From: an uncultured Eubacteriales bacterium
GTDB taxonomy: Bacteria; Bacillota; Clostridia; RUG12999
DNA length: 64,000 nucleotides
NCBI GenBank assembly: GCA_964592375.1
Contig: CAZQDP010000001.1
Coordinates: 12,751 to 76,750 of the forward strand
Direction: 5' to 3'
Below are positions 29,286 through 39,802 of this stretch, piece by piece. Under the pieces are notes generated by a model. That model searched no databases. It was not told the origin of the DNA and worked only from the letters and a program-made list of their open reading frames with translations. Numbering within the stretch: position 1 is the first letter of the stretch; every line of letters starts with the position of its first letter. A program made the translations under genes and the position numbers.

Positions 29286-30079
29286 AGGTATTTGGTTTTG
29301 TAGGTGATAGTGGTACCGGAAAAAGCTATCGTGCCATGTGGGTAGCCAAGGAGAAAGGGCTTCCTTGCATGATTGATGATGGTCTGCTGATTATGGGAGG
29401 CCGAATTGTTGCGGGCAAATCCGCCAAGAGAGAAAAAACCATGTTTGCATCGGTAAGGCGCGCCATTTTCGAAGATCCGGCACATATCGCAGAGGTAAGC
29501 ACGAAAATAAAAATTTTAGCTCCCGATGGCATTTTAATTTTAGGCACTTCAAAACGAATGGTAGAAAGAATTGCCGCCAGGCTATCCCTGCCTGAAATCA
29601 CAGAATATGTGATGATAGAGGATGTGGCTTCAAAAGACGAAATCCAAAAGGCACAGGATATGCGCATGAAGCAGGGGAAACATATTATTCCCGTTCCGGC
29701 CTTTGAAGTGAAAAAGGACTTTTCGGGATATTTCATCGATCCGCTACGGATTTTCTTTCATGGCAAAGAAAAATATAGTGCGGAAAAAACCATTGTTCGC
29801 CCAACCTATAGCTATTTGGGTGATTATACACTCTCCAGAAGTGCAACAGCATCCATTTGCCGGCATGAAGGGAATAAAGTTTCGGGCATTCATGTGGTGA
29901 GTGTCAAGGTTCAGCATACGCCAATTGGGGCACATATTGAAATTGACGTTACAATGGAAATGGGGTGCGATATTCGCAAGGCAGCATACAAGGTTCAAAA
30001 TAATGTAGCGGCTGCTTTAGAGGAATATGCGGCACTTGTGGTGTCTAAAATTGACATTAAGGTGATGTCATTAAAATGA
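29282..30079 (+). CDS. Fusion of an HprK-C-like P-loop domain with an Asp23/Gls24-family domain
   Basis: The N-terminal VGDSGTGKSY...CMIDDG resembles the HPr kinase C-terminal Walker A (GDSGVGKSE...ADD). The C-terminal roughly 110 aa (VSGIHVVSVKV...IEIDVTMEMGCDIRKAAYKVQNNV...) fits the Asp23/DUF322 pattern. Confidence 0.55.
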   Translation: MKVFGFVGDSGTGKSYRAMWVAKEKGLPCMIDDGLLIMGGRIVAGKSAKREKTMFASVRRAIFEDPAHIAEVSTKIKILAPDGILILGTSKRMVERIAARLSLPEITEYVMIEDVASKDEIQKAQDMRMKQGKHIIPVPAFEVKKDFSGYFIDPLRIFFHGKEKYSAEKTIVRPTYSYLGDYTLSRSATASICRHEGNKVSGIHVVSVKVQHTPIGAHIEIDVTMEMGCDIRKAAYKVQNNVAAALEEYAALVVSKIDIKVMSLK

Positions 30080-30092
30080 AGTAGGTGAGCAT

Positions 30093-30794
30093 ATGCCACT
30101 TTTTGCAATAGCGGATCTTCATTTATATAAAGGGATTAAAAATAAACCCATGGATGTTTTTGGCCCTGCGTGGGATAAGCATATGGAACGCCTTGCGGAA
30201 AACTGGCGACATAGCGTAACAAATGAGGACACCGTACTCATCCCAGGCGATATTTCTTGGGCAACCTATTTAGAACAGGTGCTTTTGGATCTAGAATATA
30301 TTGATGAGCTTCCCGGTAAAAAAATCATATCCAAAGGAAATCACGATTATTGGTGGACAACCCTTCGTAAAATGAACGGATTTGTGCAGGAACATGAAAT
30401 GAAAAGCATTTCCTTCTTGCACAATCATTTTTTTTCTTATGAACAGTATGGTATCTGCGGCACCAGATTATGGGATTTACCCGGTAAGGGTCAAACCCCC
30501 GAGGATGAAAAAATATTTGCAAGAGAACTCATTCGCCTTGAGATCTCTTTAGAAGCAGCAGAAAAAGAAGGTTTTGATGAAAAAATCGTCATGCTTCACT
30601 ACCCACCGGCACGAACGGGTGAGGATTTGCACGAGAGGATTGCCGCCCTTTTTGAGAAATACCATGTTGTGAAATGTGTTTTTGGGCATGTGCATCATAC
30701 AAAAAACGTTTTTTGTGGCACGATTGGACAAACGCAATATGTGCCTGTGATGGCAGATTATATAGATTTTTCGCCTTTGCAAATCGGTATTTGA
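30093..30794 (+). CDS. Calcineurin-like metallophosphoesterase
   Basis: It has the metallophosphoesterase motifs ADLHL, GDISW and GNHDYW, and later HVHH. Confidence 0.75.
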   Translation: MPLFAIADLHLYKGIKNKPMDVFGPAWDKHMERLAENWRHSVTNEDTVLIPGDISWATYLEQVLLDLEYIDELPGKKIISKGNHDYWWTTLRKMNGFVQEHEMKSISFLHNHFFSYEQYGICGTRLWDLPGKGQTPEDEKIFARELIRLEISLEAAEKEGFDEKIVMLHYPPARTGEDLHERIAALFEKYHVVKCVFGHVHHTKNVFCGTIGQTQYVPVMADYIDFSPLQIGI

Positions 30795-30925
30795 AGTCTT
30801 ATTTTGCAGATGATATTTGGATATGCTAAAATTGTCGTAAAATGCTCCGTAAGCCAAAAAAATCGTTGACATTGCAGATGGGCTGTTATATAATAATATC
30901 ATATTTTACAAAGAGGTTACAAAAA

Positions 30926-31717
30926 ATGAACATTTCATTTATCGGTAACGGAAATATGGCAGGTGCCATCATTGGCGGTCTTCTAAAGATGGGGAGTTTT
31001 GAGGCATCAGATATTGCAATAAGCGATGTGAGCGGGCAACGCCGCCAAGATGCTTCGCAAAAGGGCTTTCGCGTTTTTTCCTCAAATTTTGAGGCTGCAT
31101 CTGCCTCAGACATCATTGTGCTTGCGGTAAAACCTATCGTCATGGCAAAGGCATTAGAAGATATTTGCACATGCGAAGGAAAGCTTGTCATTTCAATTGC
31201 GGCAGGCATTTCAAGTGATTTTATCAGGCAGAGGCTCCATCCTTCCTGTCGCATTGTGAGGGTAATGCCAAATACTCCCGCGCTCTATGGTGAGGGCATG
31301 AGCATGATTTGTGAGGATGCAAATGCTTCTAGTGATGATATGCTGATTGTGAAAACGATTTTTGAAAGTGTAGGCAAGGTAGATTTTCTGCCCGAAAAGC
31401 TCATTGACGCTGCAATGGCAGTCGGAAGCTCGGGCCCGGCTTACATTTTTATGATTATTGAAGCCTTGGCAGACGGTGGGGTGCTTTGCTCCTTACCCAG
31501 AGATAAAGCATATGCTATCGCCGCCCAGACCGTGCTTGGTTCTGCAAAAATGGTGTTGGAAAGCGGCATGCATCCGGGTCAGCTAAAGGACATGGTATGC
31601 TCCCCGGGAGGGACTACCATTGAAGCGATGGCAGTGCTTGAAAAGCGGGGCGTTCGTGGCGCAATCATGGAAGCGGTGAAAGCATGTGCCGATAAAGCAG
31701 GCAGACTTGCAAAATAA
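30926..31717 (+). CDS. proC: Pyrroline-5-carboxylate reductase
   Basis: It has the NAD(P)-binding N-terminus FIGNGNMAGAIIGGL and a C-terminal P5CR dimerization region. The start is at 30926 after a TTGACA-17-TATAAT promoter at 30865..30893. Confidence 0.85.
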   Translation: MNISFIGNGNMAGAIIGGLLKMGSFEASDIAISDVSGQRRQDASQKGFRVFSSNFEAASASDIIVLAVKPIVMAKALEDICTCEGKLVISIAAGISSDFIRQRLHPSCRIVRVMPNTPALYGEGMSMICEDANASSDDMLIVKTIFESVGKVDFLPEKLIDAAMAVGSSGPAYIFMIIEALADGGVLCSLPRDKAYAIAAQTVLGSAKMVLESGMHPGQLKDMVCSPGGTTIEAMAVLEKRGVRGAIMEAVKACADKAGRLAK

Positions 31718-31875
31718 CTTGTACATTTATTTATGAATAATGGCATAAATGCATCCACTATCGCAATATAATTTAGTATCATCCTTCTGCATGTCCGGCA
31801 TGGCAACGCCGAAGCATCTGGATGAAAATGATATTGCGGTAAGGGAAACCCCCGCACAGAGTTTTGGGGGAGCAT

Positions 31876-32472
31876 ATGCGAAATAATAAGATAAAACGGC
31901 ATATTGGCAGTAATTTTCGGCTGTATTTTCTTTTTTCATGCATATTGGTACTGGGAGTTGTCATTGGTGGTATTATCGCTAATTTGGTACCGCAGGAAAC
32001 CTGTAAAAAGTCAGCAGAATCATTAGGCCTAGCCATTTCAAATCTTTCTAAAGGCACAGCGCAGTGGACTGTGATTTATTTTTTTACATCATCCTCCAAA
32101 CCGGTATTATCGATGTGGCTTGCCGGATTTTGGCGATATGGTATATGGATTATCATGGCAACACTTTGTTATAAAGGTGCGGCAATGGGGTTTTCGGTGG
32201 CACTTTTCGTTCGAATGTACCAAATGCGCGGAGTGGCACTATCCGCGGTGGGAATACTACCGCAACATATCATTTTGCTGCCGTTATATGTCATCGTTGC
32301 TGTACTAAGTATAGATATAGGTCGCGGCATGGTCACTTCTCGAAGCTACAAAATGTTACCGACATATATTGCAATATTGATTGCTTCAGTGGCACTTTGC
32401 GTGGCAGCTACCGCCATTGATACCTATATTTCTTCTTGGCTCATCGGCAGCCTTGCATATATGATTGAATGA
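31876..32472 (+). CDS. spoIIM: Stage II sporulation protein M
   Basis: Multi-TM protein that aligns with B. subtilis SpoIIM (FRLYFLFSCILVLGVVIGG; LPQHIILLPLYVIV; ATAIDTYISS). It lies next to a xerD-like gene, as in Bacillus (ripX-fur-spoIIM). Confidence 0.8.
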   Translation: MRNNKIKRHIGSNFRLYFLFSCILVLGVVIGGIIANLVPQETCKKSAESLGLAISNLSKGTAQWTVIYFFTSSSKPVLSMWLAGFWRYGIWIIMATLCYKGAAMGFSVALFVRMYQMRGVALSAVGILPQHIILLPLYVIVAVLSIDIGRGMVTSRSYKMLPTYIAILIASVALCVAATAIDTYISSWLIGSLAYMIE

Positions 32473-32490
32473 AAGAGAGGGTAATTAACC

Positions 32491-33267
32491 ATGGCAGCTT
32501 TGGAATTATATTCAAATTATCTTGAGTCTGAAACAAAGGTTTCAGCAAATACATATCAATCATATATGAGAGACATTCGAATTTTCGGTGATTATCTGCA
32601 TGAAACGAATGGCCGGCGCAATTATGAAGGTGTGAAAAAGCAAACCCTATGCATTTACATAGACCATTTAGAAAAGCAGGGAAAAGCCAAGTCCTCCATT
32701 TACAGAGCCATGGCATCGCTACGAAGCTTTTATAAGTATTTGCTTTATGCAGGGCTGGTTGATGTAAACCCTGCCATGGAGATAGATTCCCCCAAGGTGG
32801 ACAGAAAGGCAATGCGCGAGCCGCTGACCTCGCACGAGACGCAAACTTTGCTACAACAGCCCGTTTGCAGTGATTACAAGGGGTATCGAGATAAAGCAAT
32901 GATGGAACTGCTGTGCTCAACGGGAATTAAAATCAGTGAACTCATTGCCCTTGATGTGGAGGATGTTGTCATTGACGATGGCTATATTTTGTGCAATGTA
33001 GGCGGCAAAAAGAATAAAGTCAGCATTGGTCCTATGGCACTTTTTGCACTGAAAAATTATTTAAGCAGTGCCAGATTTTCTTTTCTATTTGAGGATTGTA
33101 CTTGCAAGGCATTGTTTTTAAACACCAGCGGAAATCGCTTGACTCGGCAAGGGCTATGGAAAATCATTAAAACCTATACACTAAAAGCAAATATCGCAAA
33201 AGAAATATCGCCCCATTCACTAAAAAAGGTATCCGGCAACCAAAAAGCTACCGCAGGAATATATTAA
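32491..33267 (+). CDS. XerD-like tyrosine recombinase paralog, probably catalytically degenerate
   Basis: It has an N-terminal SAM-like core-binding domain. Box I reads TGIKISEL (Arg replaced by Lys), the HxxR box is replaced by HSLKK, and the C-terminus ends at ...ATAGIY without the HxxR...LGH...Y segment. Confidence 0.65.
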   Translation: MAALELYSNYLESETKVSANTYQSYMRDIRIFGDYLHETNGRRNYEGVKKQTLCIYIDHLEKQGKAKSSIYRAMASLRSFYKYLLYAGLVDVNPAMEIDSPKVDRKAMREPLTSHETQTLLQQPVCSDYKGYRDKAMMELLCSTGIKISELIALDVEDVVIDDGYILCNVGGKKNKVSIGPMALFALKNYLSSARFSFLFEDCTCKALFLNTSGNRLTRQGLWKIIKTYTLKANIAKEISPHSLKKVSGNQKATAGIY

Positions 33268-33304
33268 TCTTTTAAAAAGGGTAGCTTTGCAGCTACCCTT
33301 TTCG

Positions 33305-34087
33305 CTATTCAGTGGCTTTTTTCAGCGCATAAACAAACTTTGAAAGCTCCTCGGTAGCTTCTTTGCCGTAATCTTCAATGATTTTAACGATGGCACTGCC
33401 TACAATTATGCCGTCAGCATATTTAATAAGCCCTTCTACCTGCTGTGCGGTGGATATACCAAATCCTACTGCAGTGGGGCAAGTGGCATATTTCTGAATT
33501 TGTTCAAAGAAATGTCTGAAATCAGTATGGAAACTGCTTCGAACACCGGTTACGCCAAGGGAGGACACGCAGTATAGAAATCCTTTGCTATGGCTAGCGA
33601 TTTTTTCAATGCGAGACCCGGAGGTGGGTGCCACCAGATTGATGATGTGGACATCACCGGAAAATGCCTCAAATTCCCCTCTCTCTTCAAATGGCAAATC
33701 GGGTATAATCACGCCATCAATTCCCACTTCTTTGCAACGCGTAAAAAATAAATTGGAACCAAATTTATATACGGAATTTGCGTACATCATCAGTAGTAGG
33801 GGAAGCTCACATTTTTTTCGCAATCGTCTTACCATTTCAAAAATCATGTCTAAATGCACACCGTTTTTCAGAGCACGTTCACTGGCTCTTGAGATAATAG
33901 GGCCCTCTGCCACTGGGTCTGAAAAAGGCACACCAATTTCAATGATATCAGCACCGCTTTTTTCCATGGCCAATATGAATTCCTCCGTGGCATAGATATC
34001 GGGATCTCCGGCGGTAACAAAGGTAATTAAAGCTTTCTTCCCATGCGCTTTTAATTTCTCGAAAGTATTATCAATCCTATTCATCAA
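33305..34087 (-). CDS. trpA: Tryptophan synthase alpha chain
   Basis: It has the TrpA motifs [15 protein letters not shown] and GFGIS; 260 aa. Confidence 0.9.
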   Translation of the reverse strand: MMNRIDNTFEKLKAHGKKALITFVTAGDPDIYATEEFILAMEKSGADIIEIGVPFSDPVAEGPIISRASERALKNGVHLDMIFEMVRRLRKKCELPLLLMMYANSVYKFGSNLFFTRCKEVGIDGVIIPDLPFEERGEFEAFSGDVHIINLVAPTSGSRIEKIASHSKGFLYCVSSLGVTGVRSSFHTDFRHFFEQIQKYATCPTAVGFGISTAQQVEGLIKYADGIIVGSAIVKIIEDYGKEATEELSKFVYALKKATE

Positions 34088-35261
34088 TCATTTCCCCCCT
34101 GTATTTCGCAATACTTTGTACATCCTTATCACCACGACCGGAAAGGCATATGACTAAAATACTGTCCTTTGGCATGGTAGGAGCGATCTTCATCGCCGCG
34201 GCTACTGCATGTGCGCTTTCAATTGCAGGGATAATCCCTTCGCTCTGCGTGAGAAACTCAAAAGCACATACGGCCTCTTCATCTGTAATGGCTGTATATT
34301 CTGCTCGGCCACTATGGTGCAGATAGGCGTGTTCCGGTCCTATACCGGGATAGTCAAGTCCGGCAGAAATGGAATGCACTTTATCAATCTGGCCATGTTC
34401 ATTTTGTAAAAATACAGATTTCATACCGTGAAAAATGCCATTACTCCCACGGGTAAGGGTTGCGGCGTGCATTTTTGTATCAACGCCGTGGCCTGCGGCC
34501 TCAGCACCAATTAAGGTAACGCTGGGATCATCAATAAAGTCATAAAACATGCCCATCGCATTGCTACCACCGCCGACGCAAGCCACCACACAGCTTGGTA
34601 GTTTTCCTTCCTTTTCAAAAAGCTGTGTTTTCGTTTCTATGCCGATAATCTTTTGAAAATCACGCACCATGGTGGGGTACGGGTGAGGGCCCATAACAGA
34701 ACCAAAAAGATAAAAGGTGTCTTCCACATGCATTGTCCAATATCGCATTGCCTCATTGACTGCATCCTTCAGCGTACCGGTACCGGAAGAGGCTTCGGTA
34801 ACACGTGCGCCAAGCATTTTCATTCGATACACATTTAGAGCCTGACGAGAAATATCTTCTGTGCCCATAAAGATCTCGCAGTCCATGCCAAAGAGTGCGG
34901 CTGCGGTGGCGGTGGCAACGCCATGCTGGCCTGCACCTGTTTCTGCAACAATTCGCTTTTTATTCAGTCGCTTTGCAAGCAAAGCCTGCCCTAACACATT
35001 ATTGATTTTATGCGAGCCGGTATGGTTTAAATCTTCTCGTTTAAGATAAATTTTAGCTCCGCTAAGTTTTTTTGTCATATTTCGGGCTTCATACAGCAAG
35101 GATGGTCTGCCGGCATAGTTTGCATATAAATCATACAGCTCACGCTGAAAATCTTTATCATCCTTCATGGCATAATATACCGATTCAATTTCTTCAAGAG
35201 CACTCATCAAGGTTTCAGGTACGTATTGACCGCCAAACTGTCCAAATCTACCGTTTTTCAT
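34077..35261 (-). CDS. trpB: Tryptophan synthase beta chain
   Basis: It has the PLP-lysine region HTGSHKINN and GGGSNAMG. Confidence 0.95.
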   Translation of the reverse strand: MKNGRFGQFGGQYVPETLMSALEEIESVYYAMKDDKDFQRELYDLYANYAGRPSLLYEARNMTKKLSGAKIYLKREDLNHTGSHKINNVLGQALLAKRLNKKRIVAETGAGQHGVATATAAALFGMDCEIFMGTEDISRQALNVYRMKMLGARVTEASSGTGTLKDAVNEAMRYWTMHVEDTFYLFGSVMGPHPYPTMVRDFQKIIGIETKTQLFEKEGKLPSCVVACVGGGSNAMGMFYDFIDDPSVTLIGAEAAGHGVDTKMHAATLTRGSNGIFHGMKSVFLQNEHGQIDKVHSISAGLDYPGIGPEHAYLHHSGRAEYTAITDEEAVCAFEFLTQSEGIIPAIESAHAVAAAMKIAPTMPKDSILVICLSGRGDKDVQSIAKYRGEMIDE

Positions 35262-35889
35262 TTTCCTTCCTCCTTATTGCATCAATGAATTCTTTTATTT
35301 TTGCAGGGTCTTTTTTACCACCCGTCTCCACACCGCTACTCACATCAATGCCATAGGGAACCGCCGTGCATATGGCTGATTGAACATTGTGGATATGAAG
35401 CCCACCGGCCAAAATGATGGGTTTTTCAATCATACTCACCGCTCTTTTAGCAAGTGACCAATTTGCGAGCTTTCCGCTACCGCCATAGGACCCCGGACTA
35501 TCGGCATCAATCAGTAACTTATCGGCAAGCGTGGCACCCGCCAAAAGCTGTGTTTCGTTCACGGGTCGTATTGCTTTCCAAACTTCAATATGAGGGATAT
35601 GGTCTTTGAGATTTTTGATGAAAGCTTCATCTTCATCGCCATGCAACTGCAAAACATCAAGAGAGGCGTGGTGTGCACAGGAAGCAATAAAAGAAAGATC
35701 GGAATTAACGAACACACCAACGGATAAAATTCGCCTATCAAGCTGATCCCTTAGCTTGGCAGCCTGCACAATAGAAACCTGACGAGTGCTTTTCGCAAAG
35801 ACAAAACCAATGTAGTCTGGCATGCATGCATTAACTGTACAAATATCTTCTTTTCTTGAAAGGCCGCATATTTTAATTTTTGTCATGCC
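35248..35889 (-). CDS. trpF: Phosphoribosylanthranilate isomerase
   Basis: The internal start MTKIKICGL is typical of TrpF; the ORF is open further upstream and overlaps trpC. Confidence 0.75.
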   Translation of the reverse strand, partial: GMTKIKICGLSRKEDICTVNACMPDYIGFVFAKSTRQVSIVQAAKLRDQLDRRILSVGVFVNSDLSFIASCAHHASLDVLQLHGDEDEAFIKNLKDHIPHIEVWKAIRPVNETQLLAGATLADKLLIDADSPGSYGGSGKLANWSLAKRAVSMIEKPIILAGGLHIHNVQSAICTAVPYGIDVSSGVETGGKKDPAKIKEFIDAIRRKENEKR

Positions 35890-36692
35890 TTGCTCCTTAA
35901 ACTGCGCATTGTGCTTGCAATATCGCCGCTTCGCATGAGTGCCTCGCCAATGAGCACACCATGGACACCGCAGTTTTTTAAAAACAATATATCCTCTGCG
36001 GTAGAAATACCGCTCTCGGAGATGATTACACAATCTTTGGGAACAAAACCTGCCAATTCTTCGGTCGTATGCAAATCAACATGAAAGGTGTTTAAATTGC
36101 GATTATTGATACCGATAATTCTTGCACCAATTCTGATTGCTTTTTCAAGCTCTGTGATATGATGCGTTTCAACCAAGGCATGCAGTCCTAAAGTATGGGC
36201 AGTGCAGAGTAGGTCCGCCATTTCTTCCTCGCTGAGCATGGCAGCTATCAGTAGAACTGCGTCTGCACCAAGCACTCTGGATTCATAGAGCTGATAGGAA
36301 TCAAATATAAAGTCTTTTCGCAATATGGGAAGCTGTACCATGCTTCGGATGGCTTTTAAATACTCGCTACTGCCGCCAAAATACGTTTCCTCCGTTAAAA
36401 CGGAAATGGCATTCGCACCAGCTACTTCATATGCTTTGGCGATGGCCACCGGGTCGAAATTTTTGCAAATGAGTCCCTTGGAAGGGGAGGCCTTTTTCAC
36501 CTCGGCGATGATGGATGGAAAGCGACTTGCAAGTGCCGACGCAAAGTCTAGCACCGGGCGCTTTTCTTCCAAAGCCTCTGCAATCATGGTTTTTGGACTT
36601 TTCATGGATTTTTCTCTTGCAAGCTGTTCTTTTCTGCTACATAAAATCTTATCTAAAATCATGGCAAACCGGTACCTCCTTTTAAGCAACAT
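35883..36692 (-). CDS. trpC: Indole-3-glycerol phosphate synthase
   Basis: It has the IAEVKKASPSKG motif and an IGINNRNL region. Confidence 0.85.
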   Translation of the reverse strand: MLLKRRYRFAMILDKILCSRKEQLAREKSMKSPKTMIAEALEEKRPVLDFASALASRFPSIIAEVKKASPSKGLICKNFDPVAIAKAYEVAGANAISVLTEETYFGGSSEYLKAIRSMVQLPILRKDFIFDSYQLYESRVLGADAVLLIAAMLSEEEMADLLCTAHTLGLHALVETHHITELEKAIRIGARIIGINNRNLNTFHVDLHTTEELAGFVPKDCVIISESGISTAEDILFLKNCGVHGVLIGEALMRSGDIASTMRSLRSKA

Positions 36693-36695
36693 ACA

Positions 36696-38333
36696 TTATG
36701 AATAGGAATGGGTCAACTGCCTTAAGCAAATTAGCTTTTCCATGGCGGCCCCGCTGTCTATGGACTGGGCGGCGGCACGTATGCCATCTTCCAGTGTTGG
36801 CACAAGACCGTATGCAAGGAGTGCGGCGGCGGCATTGAGAAGTGCAATGTCTCGCTTGGGGCCTTTTTCTCCCTGCAATATGGATAAGGTAATTTGTGCG
36901 TTCTCCTGCGCACTTCCTCCCACCAGATCTACACTTTTTGCAAGGGGTAGTCCCAACTGCTCGGGGGAGATATGGTATTTTGTTATGATACCGTTTGCAA
37001 CTTGTGCAACGGCGGTTTTGGCCACCGTTGATATTTCATCCAGGCCGTCCTCGCCATGTACCACCATGGCGCTTTTTACGCCTAAATTGACCAGTACATT
37101 GGCCATCATTTCAAGCAAATGTATATCGTACACACCCAGTAGCATGCTCTCGGCTGAAGCCGGATTAGACAGAGGCCCCAATATATTAAATACACTGCGA
37201 ATGCCGATTTCTCTGCGCGGCGTTGCGGCATACTTCATGGATTTGTGAAAAACTGGCGCAAACATAAAGCAAAGCCCCACCGATTGAAGACACATGGAGG
37301 CCTGGTCGGGAGAAATATCAATCTTCACGCTGAGTGCCTCTAGCACATCCGCACTGCCACTTCTGCCGGAAGCCGATCGATTGCCGTGCTTGGCGACTTG
37401 TGCGCCAGCGCCCGCGGCAATAAAGGCTGCAGTGGTGGATATATTAAAGGTGTTTGCCATATCTCCGCCCGTTCCAACAATATCAATCACCGGCTCGCTA
37501 TGTGATACGCAAGCCGCTTTTTCCCGCATAACCATGGCAAAACCTGTAATCTCATCCACCGTTTCGCCTTTCATGCGCAGTGCCGTTAAAAGCGCGCCAA
37601 TTTGTGCTTCACTCGCCTCTCCATCCATCATGCATTTCATGGCGGATTTGGCCTCGCCTATGCTTAAATGTTCATTATTTGTTATTTTGCGAATGTATTG
37701 CTTGAGCACATCCCGCTGGGAAGGCGCTTCGCTCACCGATAATTGCGTAGTAGGGGTTAGTCCCGCAATGTGGCAAATGAAATTCTTTATGATCCGTTTG
37801 CCATAGCCTGTTAAAATCGACTCCGGGTGAAACTGCACGCCGTAAACATGCATTTGGCGATGGCGCAGGGCCATCATCTCACCATTTGGCGCAAGACCGA
37901 TTACCTCAAGGCATGGGGGAGTGGAGGCTTCCTCCACTTTTAAAGAATGGTATCTGCCAACAAGGATTTTATCCGGTAAACCCTCAAAGAGAGGGCAAGT
38001 GGTGTTAATCGTAATTTCTGATTGCTTGCCGTGAATTGGCTCCATAGCATGAACGATCTTTCCGCCAAATGCTTCTCCGATAGCCTGATGACCAAGACAG
38101 ACTCCCAAAATTGGCACTACTCCTGCAAAGGTTTTTATCACATCAATGCAGATGCCTGCATGAGAAGGGGTGCCGGGTCCGGGTGAGATGATGATTGCTT
38201 TTGGAGAAAGCTCGCGGATTTGTTCTAAGGTGATTTCATCATTTCTTTTTACCACAATATCACGATACAGCTCGCCTGCATATTGATACAAATTATAAGT
38301 AAAGGAATCGTAGTTGTCTATCATGAGTATCAT
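36696..38333 (-). CDS. Bifunctional anthranilate synthase component II (glutamine amidotransferase) / anthranilate phosphoribosyltransferase, a TrpG-TrpD fusion
   Basis: The N-terminal 190 aa are a class I GATase (MILMIDNYDSFTYNL, GVCLGHQ, HPES). The C-terminal half is TrpD (IDIVGTGGDMANTFNIST). Confidence 0.85.
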   Translation of the reverse strand: MILMIDNYDSFTYNLYQYAGELYRDIVVKRNDEITLEQIRELSPKAIIISPGPGTPSHAGICIDVIKTFAGVVPILGVCLGHQAIGEAFGGKIVHAMEPIHGKQSEITINTTCPLFEGLPDKILVGRYHSLKVEEASTPPCLEVIGLAPNGEMMALRHRQMHVYGVQFHPESILTGYGKRIIKNFICHIAGLTPTTQLSVSEAPSQRDVLKQYIRKITNNEHLSIGEAKSAMKCMMDGEASEAQIGALLTALRMKGETVDEITGFAMVMREKAACVSHSEPVIDIVGTGGDMANTFNISTTAAFIAAGAGAQVAKHGNRSASGRSGSADVLEALSVKIDISPDQASMCLQSVGLCFMFAPVFHKSMKYAATPRREIGIRSVFNILGPLSNPASAESMLLGVYDIHLLEMMANVLVNLGVKSAMVVHGEDGLDEISTVAKTAVAQVANGIITKYHISPEQLGLPLAKSVDLVGGSAQENAQITLSILQGEKGPKRDIALLNAAAALLAYGLVPTLEDGIRAAAQSIDSGAAMEKLICLRQLTHSYS

Positions 38334-39802
38334 AAAATTTCACCTGCTTCCATTAAAGCCTTTATCATGGCTTTGGACTTTTGTTCTGTTTCCATAAACT
38401 CTTTTTCAGGCACCGAATCATACACAATGCCCGCTCCGGCCTGAATATATGCCTTTGCATTTCTGTATAAAATGGTGCGAATGGCAATGCAGGTATCCAT
38501 ATCACCGTCAAAGGCCAGGTAACCTACTGTGCCTCCATATAAACCTCGCTTTGTGGTTTCCATTTCATCAATGATTTCCATGGCACGCACTTTTGGGGCG
38601 CCTGATAGTGTGCCGGCAGGTAGGAGGGACTTTAAGGTATCAATGCAATCCTTATCCTGTGCCAGCGTGCCGGAAACATCACTGACCAAATGCATAAGCT
38701 GAGAGTATCGTTCCACTCTCATAAAATCAGTGACGCTCACACTGCCAAACTCACATACCTTCCCAACATCATTTCTGCCAAGGTCCACCAGCATGGTATG
38801 CTCGGCACGTTCTTTTTCATCTGTCATCAATTCAATTTCAAGCAGTTTATCCTCTTTTTCATTTTTGCCTCTACGTATCGTGCCGGCAATCGGCCTTGTT
38901 TGGACCAAGCCGCTTTCAATACTGACAAGCTTTTCAGGAGAAGCACCGCAAATGTGATAGTCCTTAAATTTAAAATAATACATGTAGGGCGAGGGGTTGG
39001 AAACCCGAAGGACACGATAGGTATCAAAGGAATCGGGAGGATTGGCGGCCTCGAAGCGCTGAGAGAGCACAACCTGAAAAATTTCACCGTCGGAAATGCA
39101 CTGCTTTGCCGCTACCACACCATCCATAAACTGCTGCTTCGATATATTGGAGGTTACCGCTAAGCTTACTTCTTTCTTTTCCTTATCGTCCTTCACTGCC
39201 GCCATGCGTACGATGGAAGCAATTTTTTTTGCAGTTTCCACTCCGTTATCATAATTTTTCCGAAAATCTCCCTTGGCAGGAACATTGACAATAATCACGA
39301 TTTTTTGACGCAAATGGTCAAAGGCAATCACCTCATCGCAGACCAAAAAATGGCAATCCGGCATCTGCAGATCATCTACAGGAGGTTTTTTTAGTGACTT
39401 TTCTACGTAGCGCACACAGTCATAGGAAAAATACCCTACAAGTCCACCACAAAAATTTGGGATATTTTCGATTTTAGGGCTTTTATATTCGGCAAGAATT
39501 TCTCTTACCGCCTCAAAAGGATCAGCGTTTTTTGTTTGTACGTCGCCGTTTTTATGCTTTATTGTTACCACATAATCCTTTGCGGAAATTTCCATTAGCG
39601 GATTGTAACCAATAAAAGAATATCGTCCCCATCTATCTGCATCATTTACACTTTCAAGCAAGAAACAGCATTTTGACCTATGCCTAAGTTTTAGAAACAG
39701 ATTAATGGGTGTTTGGGTATCGGCATAAAGTTCATAAGCTACGGGAATAATATCGTACTGAGTTGAAAGTGCCAAAGCCTCTTCGAATTGTGGATAAAAC
39801 AT
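38330..39802 (-). CDS. trpE: Anthranilate synthase component I
   Basis: It has the chorismate-binding domain motifs ...GAPK... and GAGIVYDS; 490 aa. Confidence 0.9.
   Translation of the reverse strand: MFYPQFEEALALSTQYDIIPVAYELYADTQTPINLFLKLRHRSKCCFLLESVNDADRWGRYSFIGYNPLMEISAKDYVVTIKHKNGDVQTKNADPFEAVREILAEYKSPKIENIPNFCGGLVGYFSYDCVRYVEKSLKKPPVDDLQMPDCHFLVCDEVIAFDHLRQKIVIIVNVPAKGDFRKNYDNGVETAKKIASIVRMAAVKDDKEKKEVSLAVTSNISKQQFMDGVVAAKQCISDGEIFQVVLSQRFEAANPPDSFDTYRVLRVSNPSPYMYYFKFKDYHICGASPEKLVSIESGLVQTRPIAGTIRRGKNEKEDKLLEIELMTDEKERAEHTMLVDLGRNDVGKVCEFGSVSVTDFMRVERYSQLMHLVSDVSGTLAQDKDCIDTLKSLLPAGTLSGAPKVRAMEIIDEMETTKRGLYGGTVGYLAFDGDMDTCIAIRTILYRNAKAYIQAGAGIVYDSVPEKEFMETEQKSKAMIKALMEAGEIL

Noticed and set aside
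31718-31875. Possible sigma-E promoter or structured leader upstream of spoIIM
   Set aside because: There is a GC stem (CCCCC...GGGGG) near the RBS. However it has no clear -35/-10 match to sigma-E consensus, and the hairpin overlaps the RBS ambiguously.
34209-38000. Numerous 60-170 aa + strand ORFs across the trp operon
   Set aside because: They are antisense to the long, motif-rich trpA, trpB, trpC, trpGD and trpE genes on the minus strand. This is the typical pattern of spurious antisense ORFs in GC-balanced coding DNA.
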